Below are positions 21,423-31,211 of a stretch of 64,000 nucleotides of DNA, in pieces. A program made the position numbers and the translations under genes. Under the pieces are notes generated by a model that was not told where the DNA came from, searched no databases, and saw nothing but the letters and a program-made list of their open reading frames with translations. Origin of the DNA: Candidatus Binatia bacterium. Lineage in GTDB: Bacteria > Desulfobacterota > Binatia > UBA9968 > CAXXLF01. The DNA is taken from NCBI GenBank assembly GCA_963664015.2, contig CAXXLF010000002.1, positions 1,728,001 to 1,792,000 of the forward strand, written 5' to 3'. Positions within the stretch are counted from its first letter, which is position 1, and each line of letters opens with the position of its first letter.

Positions 21423-21932
21423 ATGACGAAGAAAGATTCTAAACCAAATGTCCGTAAGATCCTGGCGGAATTTGCCAAGTTACCCCTATTTCCCGATGGG
21501 AGAATCGATTACTCCCACTCGGCCAGGGCCCCGGTCGTCACCTGCTTCGTGCAGTCTCAGGGAAAAATCCTCCTGATCAAACGAAACAACCGGGTCGGTA
21601 CCTATCAGGGAAAATGGAATACGGTTGCCGGATACCTCGACGAGCCCAAGACGATCCGCCAAAAGGCCCTGATAGAGGTCGAAGAAGAACTGGGTATATC
21701 GCAGCGAGCCGTAGCTCGTGTCACATTAGGTCAACCCTACGAATTCTACGATCCCGAAACCGAGAAAAGTTGGTTCGTCCATCCCGTGCTGTTGGATCTG
21801 AAAGAACGACCTCCGATAACCCTTGACTGGGAACATACAGAAATGAAGTGGATATCGCCTGAAAAAATGGAAAGCTACGATACGGTGCCTAAGCTCAAAG
21901 AGAGTTTTACCAGGATTACACAAGAACTCTAA
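21423..21932 (+). CDS. NUDIX hydrolase
   Basis: AGYLD...ALIEVEEELG Nudix box, LDWEHTE. Confidence 0.85.
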   Translation: MTKKDSKPNVRKILAEFAKLPLFPDGRIDYSHSARAPVVTCFVQSQGKILLIKRNNRVGTYQGKWNTVAGYLDEPKTIRQKALIEVEEELGISQRAVARVTLGQPYEFYDPETEKSWFVHPVLLDLKERPPITLDWEHTEMKWISPEKMESYDTVPKLKESFTRITQEL

Positions 21933-22345
21933 GTTCCGTGACGATCCCCAATGACCGTTGCAGGACCATTCTCCGCAGCTACGATCAAGGTCATCCCTTC
22001 AGCCCTGACAACCCGAACGTCGCTTCCGGCTGTGATCGGCCCAGCCTTGATTTCGGTCTTCGCACGCCACAACTCCCCCCGTACAAAAACGGTGCCGTCA
22101 GGGTCCAACGGCTCCCGGACCACTCCCTTTATCCCGATGAGTTGTTCAACCACGGTCTTAGGCCCCGATTGGTAGGCAATACGAAGCAGTGGATAGAACA
22201 ACAGATCTTTAACGACCCATAGAATAAAAAGGATAACCGCGATTTTAACGGGTAGATCGATCCAAACTCGCAAGACCAGTAGAACAACGACTGCAATGAG
22301 CCAGCCGGGTACTTGAAAGAGCAGGTATTTGACCCAGGTTGACAC
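21929..22345 (-). CDS. NfeD-like membrane protein with C-terminal OB fold
   Basis: Two TM segments then LIGIKGVV...GTVFVRGELWRA...VRVVRAEGMTLIV. Confidence 0.8.
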   Translation of the reverse strand: MSTWVKYLLFQVPGWLIAVVVLLVLRVWIDLPVKIAVILFILWVVKDLLFYPLLRIAYQSGPKTVVEQLIGIKGVVREPLDPDGTVFVRGELWRAKTEIKAGPITAGSDVRVVRAEGMTLIVAAENGPATVIGDRHGT

Positions 22346-22617
22346 AGTAACAACGAATTCGGCGCGTTGGTGCGCCACCCCTTTCCCTCGTGCTCCCCCA
22401 GGCCTGGCCGAGGCCACGGGACCGACCATCAGACGTCCGCGACTGTACCAGACTCCTCCCCTGGAAAATAGCCACCCACGATGGGTATCAACGAATCCAG
22501 CGTGCGCCATTCTCAGACCTGCGAGCCCAAGGAGCGCGGTGAAACCCCTCAAGTCCTAGCCTTGCCCCGTACACCGTTACCGGTGGATTTCTCCCGGTAG
22601 GGAATATTTTTTCCGCG

Positions 22618-22842
22618 TCACGTAGCTTGCCATTGCTTGCGGTTCTCCAGATAGGCGGGGTTCTCCGAATAGAGGACACCGCCATTAGACCAATCCGAAT
22701 TGGCCATATCATGCAGGAGCACGTGGACCTCATCGGCTTCGGTCCCGGCACCGTCAACCATGGCCTGGGTGATCCCCGCGACTATCTTGCGCTTTTGCTC
22801 TACGGTACGTCCCTCGAACATATAGACCTGAACTAGTGGCAT
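22618..22842 (-). CDS. 4-oxalocrotonate tautomerase family protein
   Basis: Catalytic Pro-1 (MPLVQV), GRTVEQKR, WSNGG; AAGGAGG RBS. Confidence 0.9.
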   Translation of the reverse strand: MPLVQVYMFEGRTVEQKRKIVAGITQAMVDGAGTEADEVHVLLHDMANSDWSNGGVLYSENPAYLENRKQWQAT

Positions 22843-22978
22843 AGATTCCTCCTTAACAGCTCCGATTAAACATTCGCACGTTTTTCAAAAAGAGTTGGAG
22901 TTTGATCTTGGGCTTCAAAGACCGCGCCAAGGTCCCTCAACGCCCAGTAAATTTCTTTCCTACACAAGGACCCTATAG

Positions 22979-24259
22979 TCAAAGGGAGATCGCCAACTCA
23001 AATCCGAGCACTATGGCATCGGAGATTGCCCCGGTTCCCCCGGGTCTCAAGATATACTGAAAGTCCGGTTGGAGGCTTAGCCAGGGTGTAATTTGACACT
23101 TATGGTTTATTTCAAACGCGGTCTCGTAAGTCCCCTCCAGTTGGCCACTGAACTGACTGTAGGCAACCCCAAGGGCGGTCGTGTCACGGTCACGCCCGGG
23201 AAAGAGTCCCCCATAGACCATACCGCCCACATAAAAATAGGGAAAGGTCTTCATATCGTTACGGGGCGCAACGGTTGCAGCCAAAAAAGCGGTCACCCCC
23301 TGCTGTCGGGTGGTATGCGGTTCAGCGTAGAGCATCTGGTCCACATGAAAGTAGATTCCATAATTGCCGTATCTCCCATCGCTTGAGTCGCCGAGATCCG
23401 CATACTCTTTGCTGTCGTAGTATGACCCGACAGCAAAGTTTCCGGGCAACCCCTGGGCGCTCTTCCCCTGATTGTGTTTGTACCCAATTTGCAGCGCAAA
23501 GATGAATCCTTTATTGCTCCGGATACTGAAGTCAAGGCCCTGTTTCTTATCAGCTCCGATGGTATCGTCAGCGTAATAGATCCCGCTCATGACGTACGCC
23601 GATTCATATTCGTACCGGGTGCGCCAGCCCCAGGTCGTAACCGGGCCTACGGAGAACGACGGGACATTCAAACCAAGACTTCCGTGGTTGTTATTAAAGG
23701 CGGCCTGAACATAGTTCTGATAGATAGCCGACGCGAAGAAATCGTCCCCCAGACCTATGCGGCAGGCCAGAACGCTCAACCGCTCATCCAACAGCGACTG
23801 TTCCAGGGACAATTGGTATAGGCGCATGGCATCCCCGGCAAAGATTTGCGCCGGTACCAGAGTACTGCCAATATCTTGTGAGAGATCCCTCCCGGCACGA
23901 TAGTCTCCGGACACGGTAAACACGAGCCCCCGCGCGTTCATCAGCTTCCCGAGGTCCAAGGCCAGCCCGATTTCCAAACCGCTGGCATAGCGAAAGGCCG
24001 TCACCCGACCCCCAGAGAGATTGCCCAGGCTGTCCGCCGTGTAGTCGACTCAGAAACGAAGTCCGGCTTGCTCCAGCCGGCCCCGGTGCTTTCCCCACGG
24101 CGGGATGAACCAGGCTAGGGCATTCTTAGCCGGTACAGAATTTTGCGTTTCTAACCTCGACTCCTCACTACCAAGCTCCGTCCCTTCCACGGTTATATTT
24201 GGACCGTAGACCAAGAGCCCAAAAGTAAAAATACTCAGGAATAACAGTCGATTAACCAT
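22979..24259 (-). pseudogene. OprB-family porin with one in-frame TGA at 24050-24052
   Basis: Signal peptide...RLEQAGLRF*VDYTADSLGNLSGG continues in frame into ORF 22979-24004; C-terminal LQPDFQYILRPGG. Confidence 0.78.
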
Positions 24260-24277
24260 TTGAGGCAGGACTAGGTA

Positions 24278-24304
24278 ATGTTACGAATCCAAACTATGTG
24301 CTAT
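24278..24304. promoter_or_regulatory. candidate NikR operator (porin/nikR divergent region)
   Basis: ATGTTA-N15-TGCTAT; shares ACGAATYCAAA with the site at 24799. Confidence 0.4.
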
Positions 24305-24347
24305 GCAGTGCGTCCGGTGTCAATTGACAAAGTACCCTTGAGTCAGT

Positions 24348-24770
24348 ATGTTCATGCCGCGCCTTATGTCTACCGTCTCTCGCTTTGGGGTATCCCTAGA
24401 ACAGGATCTTCTGCAGGTCTTCGACCGTAACATCGTTGACGCCGGCTACGCCAACCGTTCGGAGGCCATCCGGGACCTGATCCGCGATCATCTGATCCAG
24501 CAGCGAACCAACCAATCCCAAGAGGAAATCGTTGGCGTTGTCACGCTTCTTTACGACCATAGAACCCATCGGTTAGGGGATCTGCTTGCCGACATGCAGC
24601 ACCGGGCCGAGGTAAGGATCAACGCCAGCCTGCACGTGCACCTGGACGAGCATAAGTGTCTCGAGGTGATTGTCATCCGGGGCGAAAGTCAAAAGGTCCA
24701 TGGTGTAGCGGGTCGGCTAATTGCCACTAAAGGGGTAGAGAACGGCAAGCTCGTAACCACCGTGGCCTAG
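24348..24770 (+). CDS. nikR: nickel-responsive regulator NikR
   Basis: RFGVSL...NRSEAIRDLIR ribbon-helix-helix; QH, HVHLDEHKCLE Ni ligands. Confidence 0.93.
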   Translation: MFMPRLMSTVSRFGVSLEQDLLQVFDRNIVDAGYANRSEAIRDLIRDHLIQQRTNQSQEEIVGVVTLLYDHRTHRLGDLLADMQHRAEVRINASLHVHLDEHKCLEVIVIRGESQKVHGVAGRLIATKGVENGKLVTTVA

Positions 24771-24798
24771 AAAGCGGGCGATATTTGTTCCCCACTAT

Positions 24799-24825
24799 GT
24801 AACACGAATTCAAAAGTAATAACAC
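24799..24825. promoter_or_regulatory. candidate NikR operator upstream of the ABC transporter
   Basis: GTAACA-N15-TAACAC imperfect dyad with NikR-like half-site spacing. Confidence 0.5.
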
Positions 24826-24855
24826 TTAGACCCAATCGAGTCAAAGTTTTTTCCC

Positions 24856-25917
24856 ATGACACGACTGTGTATCCTAGAGAAAATCCTTCTGGCAATAGGG
24901 AACGAAGCACTGCACGCAGTATCTGTCGCTGTATCCTTTGTCTTACTTTTTTCCCTGAGTGCCTGTGACAGAAGAGAGAGACAGACCCTCACACAAGGGC
25001 CCGCCGTGCTCAACGTTGTTACGACCGTGGCGCCGATCACCAGTATGGCAGAGAACATCGCCGGGGATAGGGTTCGCGTAACCGGAATCGTACCCGAAGG
25101 GATGAACTCGCATACGTTTGAACCCATCCCGTCGGACACCAAACTCCTGACCATGGCTGATCTAATCCTGCTCAACGGACTCGACCTTGAGATCCCAACC
25201 CTGAGGCTCGCCAAGGCCAACAAGAAATCGGGAACATCGATTGTCCTCCTCGGCAATAAGATTACTACGGAAAAAGACTATCTCTTTGATTTCAGCTTTC
25301 CAGCAGACAAGGGACACCCCAATCCCCATTTGTGGCTCAACCCCCAATACGTGATGCGCTATGCGCGTGTGATCCGGGACGAATTGGTCCGTCTGGATCC
25401 TGACAATCGAGACACCTACGAAAAAAATTTGGCAGCATACCTCGTGCAACTGCAAGCTCTCGATCAGGCAATCGAAACAGCCGTAAAGACCATTCCTAAA
25501 GAGAACCGCCGGCTGCTAACCTATCACGACTCATGGCCTTATTTCGCGCGCCGTTACGGTTTTCGGATCATCGGTGCAGTCCAGCCTTCGGACTTTTCCG
25601 ATCCCAGCCCCCGAGAGGTCGCTCGCCTTATTGATCAGATCCGTATCGAAAAGGTCCCTGCAGTGTTTGGCTCCGAGGTCTTTCCAAGCCCGGTCCTCAG
25701 ACAGATTGCCAAAGAGGCGAAGACCATGTATATCGACAAGCTCCGCGATGACGAACTGCCAGGATCTAGCGGTGATCCCCAGCATTCCTACACCGGCATG
25801 ATGCTATACAATATCCGCATTATGATCGAAGCCCTGGGTGGTTCGACGGAGGCCTTGCTGGGAATCGATCCGGCGCCTGTAGTCGGCTCTCATGCCGATT
25901 ACAGAGCGACCCAGTGA
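24856..25917 (+). CDS. metal ABC transporter substrate-binding lipoprotein (ZnuA/TroA cluster A-I)
   Basis: Lipobox LSAC; NSHTFEP, NPHLWL, YHDSW, D ligand set. Confidence 0.9.
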   Translation: MTRLCILEKILLAIGNEALHAVSVAVSFVLLFSLSACDRRERQTLTQGPAVLNVVTTVAPITSMAENIAGDRVRVTGIVPEGMNSHTFEPIPSDTKLLTMADLILLNGLDLEIPTLRLAKANKKSGTSIVLLGNKITTEKDYLFDFSFPADKGHPNPHLWLNPQYVMRYARVIRDELVRLDPDNRDTYEKNLAAYLVQLQALDQAIETAVKTIPKENRRLLTYHDSWPYFARRYGFRIIGAVQPSDFSDPSPREVARLIDQIRIEKVPAVFGSEVFPSPVLRQIAKEAKTMYIDKLRDDELPGSSGDPQHSYTGMMLYNIRIMIEALGGSTEALLGIDPAPVVGSHADYRATQ

Positions 25918-26798
25918 TAACGATGAAAGACAAATCTCACAAAGATAGTGCGTCGGAATCGACTCAGGGCAGCCTCCACCCCCATGGGCCCGCTGAGGTC
26001 CCTGGCATCCACTCCCACGAGGAGATTCCCTTGCTGGAACTGGACCAGGTGACCAGCCGATATGGAGAGGTTCAAGCCTTGGAGGAGGTCTCACTGAAGC
26101 TCTGGCCTGGCCAGTTCGTAGCCGTGGTGGGTCCCAATGGAGGAGGTAAGACCACGCTGCTCAAAACCATCCTGGGAACGATACGCCCCCATGAAGGAAG
26201 GCTTAACTTCAGAGGGAATCGCCTACACAAAATGAGCCTAGCAAGGATCGCGTACGTTCCTCAGCTCGCAGCCATTGATTGGAACTTTCCGATTTCTGTG
26301 GAAGAGCTAATCCTGATGGGACTGTACCGTAAAAACCACTGGTTGAAACGGATCACCCAGAACGAGCAGGCGCGACTTCATGAAATGATGGACCGGCTCA
26401 ACCTTTCGGGCCTTGGCAAACGGCATATCCGGGAGCTCTCCGGAGGCCAGCAGCAGGCCGCTTTTCTCGGTCGGGCGCTCATGGGGGACCCGGACCTCGT
26501 GTTGCTCGATGAGCCTACGGCAGGCCTCGATATCCGATCTCGGGACAACGTCATTCACTTCCTGCACGAGATCAACCACAAGGGCGTTGCCATCATGCTC
26601 ACCGCCCACGACCTCAATTGGGTCGCTGCTCACCTACCGTGGGTCATTTGCTTAAACCGCCGTATTGTCGCCGAGGGGCCGCCCCAACAGGTCTTGAACC
26701 CCCAGGTCCTTCAGCAAACCTACCGTGGCGAGATTGTCGTTTTTCATCATGACGGCATGGTCATGATTGGGGAACGCCCCCATTTTCCTGCCAACTAA
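25914..26798 (+). CDS. metal ABC transporter ATPase (ZnuC-like) with His-rich N-terminus
   Basis: GPNGGGKTT, LSGGQ, LLDEP, AHD. Confidence 0.92.
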   Translation: MITMKDKSHKDSASESTQGSLHPHGPAEVPGIHSHEEIPLLELDQVTSRYGEVQALEEVSLKLWPGQFVAVVGPNGGGKTTLLKTILGTIRPHEGRLNFRGNRLHKMSLARIAYVPQLAAIDWNFPISVEELILMGLYRKNHWLKRITQNEQARLHEMMDRLNLSGLGKRHIRELSGGQQQAAFLGRALMGDPDLVLLDEPTAGLDIRSRDNVIHFLHEINHKGVAIMLTAHDLNWVAAHLPWVICLNRRIVAEGPPQQVLNPQVLQQTYRGEIVVFHHDGMVMIGERPHFPAN

Positions 26799-26804
26799 AT
26801 CCAT

Positions 26805-27623
26805 ATGACAGCCAACCCATTTGAGTATGAGTTCTTTCGCCATGGATTTACGGCGGCCATGATGGTAGGAGCCCTGTGCGGTCTGATGGGAGTCTATGTA
26901 GTGCTCAGGCGCATGAGTTACATTGGTCATGGCCTGGCCCACGCCATCTTTGGCGGTGCTGTCTTAAGCTATGTGGTTCACATCAATTTTTTTATTGGTG
27001 CTGGGATCTGGGCTCTCATTGCTGCTGCCCTTATTCACCTTATCGCCCACCGTAGACTGGTGGGTGCGGACGCCGCCATCGGCGTTGTAACCACTTCCAG
27101 TTTTGCAATTGGCGTTGCCATCGTCTCCTCGTACCGTCGTTTTACACGAAACATCGAGGCCGCCTTGTTCGGCAACGTCCTCGGGATCACTGACGCAGAC
27201 CTTCTCGTTATCACCGCCATTTCTATTTTTGTAATTGTGGCACTATTGGTCATTCGCCGTCAGCTTCTATTTTCCACCTTTGACCCGGAGGTCGCCGCAG
27301 CCTATGGGATTTCCACCGGCTGGACGGATTTCTATTTCATTATTTTACTAGCAGTCACGGTCCTCGCTTCTGCCCAGATCCTGGGTGTCACCCTGGTTGC
27401 CGCCGCTCTCGTTATCCCTCCAGTCATCGCCAGGTATTTGACTCGGAGTTTCCATTCTCTACTTATCCTTTCCCCCATCATCGGTGCCCTTTGTGGAGGA
27501 ACGGGAATGGTTCTCAGTTTTTACCTTGATATTTCTGCCGCCTCCATGATTGTGCTGACCGCTGCCGCTCTCTTTCTAGTCGTTGAGGCCGCACTCTTCT
27601 TCCGTAAATGCCTCACTTCCTAG
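26805..27623 (+). CDS. metal ABC transporter permease (ZnuB/ABC-3)
   Basis: RRMSYIGHGLAH, DAAIG, LFGNVL, FDPEVA. Confidence 0.92.
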   Translation: MTANPFEYEFFRHGFTAAMMVGALCGLMGVYVVLRRMSYIGHGLAHAIFGGAVLSYVVHINFFIGAGIWALIAAALIHLIAHRRLVGADAAIGVVTTSSFAIGVAIVSSYRRFTRNIEAALFGNVLGITDADLLVITAISIFVIVALLVIRRQLLFSTFDPEVAAAYGISTGWTDFYFIILLAVTVLASAQILGVTLVAAALVIPPVIARYLTRSFHSLLILSPIIGALCGGTGMVLSFYLDISAASMIVLTAAALFLVVEAALFFRKCLTS

Positions 27624-27714
27624 AAAAAAGACCCGGCCCACTGAAACTCCGACGCCGTTGGAATTCACCCGATTCTTGGCGTAGGATACCTTGGGTAAGG
27701 TGGATCCGTCACCC

Positions 27715-28017
27715 ATGAGTTCAAGAACTGTCAGTCTCCGCATCTGTTACCTAGCAGCCGCGCTCTCTTTCGCCTTCTTTATCGTGCACGCCGCGCCGCA
27801 CCGCGTTCACCATACCTTTGAGGAAGATCAACCCTCTTGCCTCGCCTTCTTGTTTACCAAAGATTACCCAGCGGATCCGACCGTTTCAATTACCATCCCC
27901 GCGATCCAGCTCATTTCATTTCAAGTCACACCCTTTGCTGATCCCTGGGTCTCGCTTTTCCAACTCACACCGATTTCCAACAGAGCCCCTCCACCGAGCC
28001 AATTCTCCGTTCTCTAA
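27715..28017 (+). CDS. DUF2946-like leader protein with C-terminal RAPP arrest motif
   Basis: Hydrophobic N-terminus, HAAPHRVHH...C, and SNRAPPP near the C-terminus. Confidence 0.6.
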   Translation: MSSRTVSLRICYLAAALSFAFFIVHAAPHRVHHTFEEDQPSCLAFLFTKDYPADPTVSITIPAIQLISFQVTPFADPWVSLFQLTPISNRAPPPSQFSVL

Positions 28018-28250
28018 ACAACCCGTTAGCTGACGGCCCCTTCTGCTTTCTCCTGTTTCCTCGGGCACCAGGTAAAATATTCTAAGCAGGGGTCGCCTGG
28101 CCTATTGACGGAACCCGCGGAATCGTTGAGTCGGCCTCGGGTTTCACCCTGGTCCGAAACACGGGCTCGTCCCACCGGATCATAGCTGCCCGTCAGAACG
28201 CCGCCACGAATGGGTCAAAAGATTAGGCGAACATTCAAAAGGAGAACAAA

Positions 28251-28784
28251 ATGGGCAACACTGGACTTGCAATCATGGCATTGACCATCATCAGTCTTAT
28301 CAACCCCAACGTCATTTGGGCTCAAGACCAAATGAAGCCCGCCCCAATGGGTTCTATGGGACACTCCATGGATCATTCCAAGGGCCACAGCCTCCCCATG
28401 GATCACTCGGCACACGGAAAGTCCCCCGCTGTAAAACTCCATCCCGCGGAAGGGGCCTTGGTGACCATCCTCTCGCCCAAGGGCGGGCAGACCATCAAAG
28501 GCGATGAGGTGCCCCTCATATTTAAACTAATGAAAGGAAAGAGAGGCGACCACATTCATGCGTACGTAGACGGCGAGTTGATGGGCATGTTCAAGAGCAA
28601 GTATGGAACGTTAACGGGGATTCAACCTGGCCCTCATGTCCTGGAAGTCCGGGTAGTGGCGGATGATCACCAGACCGAGCTGGACGCCACCGCGACTATC
28701 CATTTTATGGTCGAGTCGCAACCTCACGCTGGAAGGCGGGAATCTCCTCGTGTCCGTCAGCGGTTTCGAAGTCTTTGTTATTGA
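28251..28784 (+). CDS. exported His/Met-rich putative metal-binding protein
   Basis: Signal peptide; MGSMGHSMDHSKGHSLPMDHSAH; HIHAYVDG...GPHVLEV...DH; AAGGAG RBS. Confidence 0.7.
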   Translation: MGNTGLAIMALTIISLINPNVIWAQDQMKPAPMGSMGHSMDHSKGHSLPMDHSAHGKSPAVKLHPAEGALVTILSPKGGQTIKGDEVPLIFKLMKGKRGDHIHAYVDGELMGMFKSKYGTLTGIQPGPHVLEVRVVADDHQTELDATATIHFMVESQPHAGRRESPRVRQRFRSLCY

Positions 28785-28957
28785 TATTGCCCCTGGGAGG
28801 TTCACCTGGCCCATAGCCGCAGCATCCTTGCCCCTCTGGTTGCCTGGCTGGGAATCAATCCCTAGGCACCCGTGATCTGGCATCCCGTAACGAGCGTATC
28901 ATTAGCTACAGCCGTTGCCATTTATATACTCTGCCCATTCCTGATAAGAATGAAGAG

Positions 28958-29884
28958 ATGAAACGGCTCGCTTACGTCAGTATAACTATTCTAATCTGCA
29001 GTATTCTGGCCGTGTCATGGTTTTTACGCGCCCCCACAACGCCGTCTACCCCCGCTCCTCATCCGTCGCCCCGCCCCGAGCATGTACTCAAACAGTATCT
29101 CGCGGCCGTCTATGCTCGCGACTTCAGCACGGCGTACCAATGGGTGTCGGCTGAGGACCGCATCGTCAAGAGTCAGGAAGAATACCTCAGGGAAAATCCG
29201 TCGTTTTCGGGTTCCGTTCTGCGCTTGATCCACGGGCTGGCCGAAAAGATAGAGTTCATCAATATCCGAGAGAAGGTCACCGGTGATCGAGCGACCCTTG
29301 AATTTAAGGTTAAACTCCCCGATGCCAGCGACCCCATCCTGCAAAGGATCTTTATGGAATTCGACCTCGACCTCCTCAATCACCTCTCAGCTCTGGAGAG
29401 TCAGGAAATCGAGCAGCAAATCCGGGCCCTCGACCAAGAGGGCAAACTCCCCATGTTGGAAGGGGAAGAACAATGGCAACTCATCAAAGAGGCCGACGGC
29501 TGGCGTGTCTATCTCAACTGGACAGGTGCCACGACAGTCTGGTTTGAGGCGAGGGTAATGGACGGGCTCCCATGGGAATTCGAGCCAGTGCAGGGTTACG
29601 TCGCAGCCAAATCCGGTGAAACCCTTCAGGCCCTCTACAGGGTAAAGAACGTCTCCACCCAAACTATCACCGCCAAGGCACGCCACTTGGATGAACCCAA
29701 AGAACTCGCGGCAAAGCACCTTGAGATCGTTCAATGTTTTTGTTTCATTCAGCAAACGCTGGCGCCGGGGGAAGAGAAAGAACTACCGCTTGTATTCAGG
29801 ATTCACTGGGACGCTCCAGCGGAGCCCCGGGAGTTCCGGGTCACCTACGAGTTCTACCCCCTCGACAAGTTTCCGGCGAGTTAG
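28958..29884 (+). CDS. Cox11/CtaG copper chaperone domain fused to an extra N-terminal periplasmic domain
   Basis: LPWEFEP...QCFCFIQQTLAPGEEKELPLVF...YEF at the C-terminus. Confidence 0.8.
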   Translation: MKRLAYVSITILICSILAVSWFLRAPTTPSTPAPHPSPRPEHVLKQYLAAVYARDFSTAYQWVSAEDRIVKSQEEYLRENPSFSGSVLRLIHGLAEKIEFINIREKVTGDRATLEFKVKLPDASDPILQRIFMEFDLDLLNHLSALESQEIEQQIRALDQEGKLPMLEGEEQWQLIKEADGWRVYLNWTGATTVWFEARVMDGLPWEFEPVQGYVAAKSGETLQALYRVKNVSTQTITAKARHLDEPKELAAKHLEIVQCFCFIQQTLAPGEEKELPLVFRIHWDAPAEPREFRVTYEFYPLDKFPAS

Positions 29885-29902
29885 ACAAGTTAGGAAATTT
29901 AG

Positions 29903-30496
29903 ATGTCCGAACTGACAACTCGAAAGCGGTTTCCATGGGTCACCACCGCCTGGGCGCTGCTTGGGATAACTATCATCACGGCTGCCGGCCTATGGCTTTT
30001 GCCTTGGGGTCGAGACCTTGGAACACTCGAGATTCACATCAAAGACCACCGCGAAGCTATCGACGATTTCGCCAAACTCGAGTTGGAAATAAAAAAGATT
30101 CGCATCGGTTCCCAGGCTGGTGTAAACTCCCGGGAAACCAATTGGAATGATCTTATACCCCAGGTAACCTCATTGGATCTGACCCAGCTGACTGGTACGA
30201 GAAGGTTACAGGTTTTCCGTGGTGAGTTGGAACCGGGCACTTTTGAGGCGATTCATTTGGACCTCTCACGAGCCCATGGGATACTTAAAAAGACTTTTCG
30301 CCCCATCCCGATCGAGAACCGCATCGGGCCGATACGAATACCTTTCTCTATCGGCCCCCGCATGGATTCCGCGATCGTACTGGATCTCGTCGTCTTAGAC
30401 ATCAGCGACCATCCACCCCGAGGGTATGAACTCCATATTAAAGGCTACGAGCTCTATGAAGGCGGCCGATTGATCGATCGAGTTCCCCCGGCGTAA
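29903..30496 (+). CDS. membrane-anchored DUF4382-like protein
   Basis: TM, then GTLEIHIKDH...LDLTQL...VLDL beta-rich domain. Confidence 0.5.
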   Translation: MSELTTRKRFPWVTTAWALLGITIITAAGLWLLPWGRDLGTLEIHIKDHREAIDDFAKLELEIKKIRIGSQAGVNSRETNWNDLIPQVTSLDLTQLTGTRRLQVFRGELEPGTFEAIHLDLSRAHGILKKTFRPIPIENRIGPIRIPFSIGPRMDSAIVLDLVVLDISDHPPRGYELHIKGYELYEGGRLIDRVPPA

Positions 30497-30518
30497 AGGG
30501 TTTTATGGTTGAGCGCAA

Positions 30519-31211
30519 ATGGCAACGATGATGGGTGCAATAAAACTCGGCTATCGGACCCTTGTCTGGGCACTGATCGGCCTGGCACTTCTCTGGTTGG
30601 GTACCGTGGCCTTGTGGAACATCCGGGGGGGGACCCGTCCTGGGACGCCAATGGGCACGTCCGACCGATCCCCTTTACAGGGCCTGAGCGATTTCGGTCA
30701 GGTACCGGAGTTTACATTGACCGAGCGCAGTGGAAACCCCCTTCGCTTGCAGGACCTGGGCGGCTATATTTGGATCGTCAACTTTATCTATACAGCTTGT
30801 ACTGAGACGTGCCCACTCCAAAGTGCCGCCATGGCCGCGCTCCAATCCCAGCTGGATCCCACCGCAAAAGTTAAGCTGATTTCGATCACTCTCGACCCGA
30901 AACGAGATACTCTGGCGATCTTATCTCGTTACGCGCAGCGTTTTGGAGCCAACGGTGACCGCTGGCTATTTTTAACCGGCCCCAAGGACATGATTTCTCA
31001 GCTCGCCGGGAATGGTTTTCGACTCAGTGCCGTTCCGGTTGTTGAGAACAACCAAACGCAAACCACGGAATTTATACACAGTTCGAGACTGGTCTTGGTG
31101 GACGGAGCAGCCAAGATCCGCGGCTATTATCCAAGCAATGATACCGAGGCCTTGCGACAGCTCGTGCACGATGTAAAACTATTACTGAATCGGAGTGATG
31201 CCCATGGCTAA
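30519..31211 (+). CDS. SCO1/SenC copper chaperone
   Basis: FIYTACTETCP (CxxxC), ITLDPKRD, WLFLTG, IHS. Confidence 0.93.
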   Translation: MATMMGAIKLGYRTLVWALIGLALLWLGTVALWNIRGGTRPGTPMGTSDRSPLQGLSDFGQVPEFTLTERSGNPLRLQDLGGYIWIVNFIYTACTETCPLQSAAMAALQSQLDPTAKVKLISITLDPKRDTLAILSRYAQRFGANGDRWLFLTGPKDMISQLAGNGFRLSAVPVVENNQTQTTEFIHSSRLVLVDGAAKIRGYYPSNDTEALRQLVHDVKLLLNRSDAHG

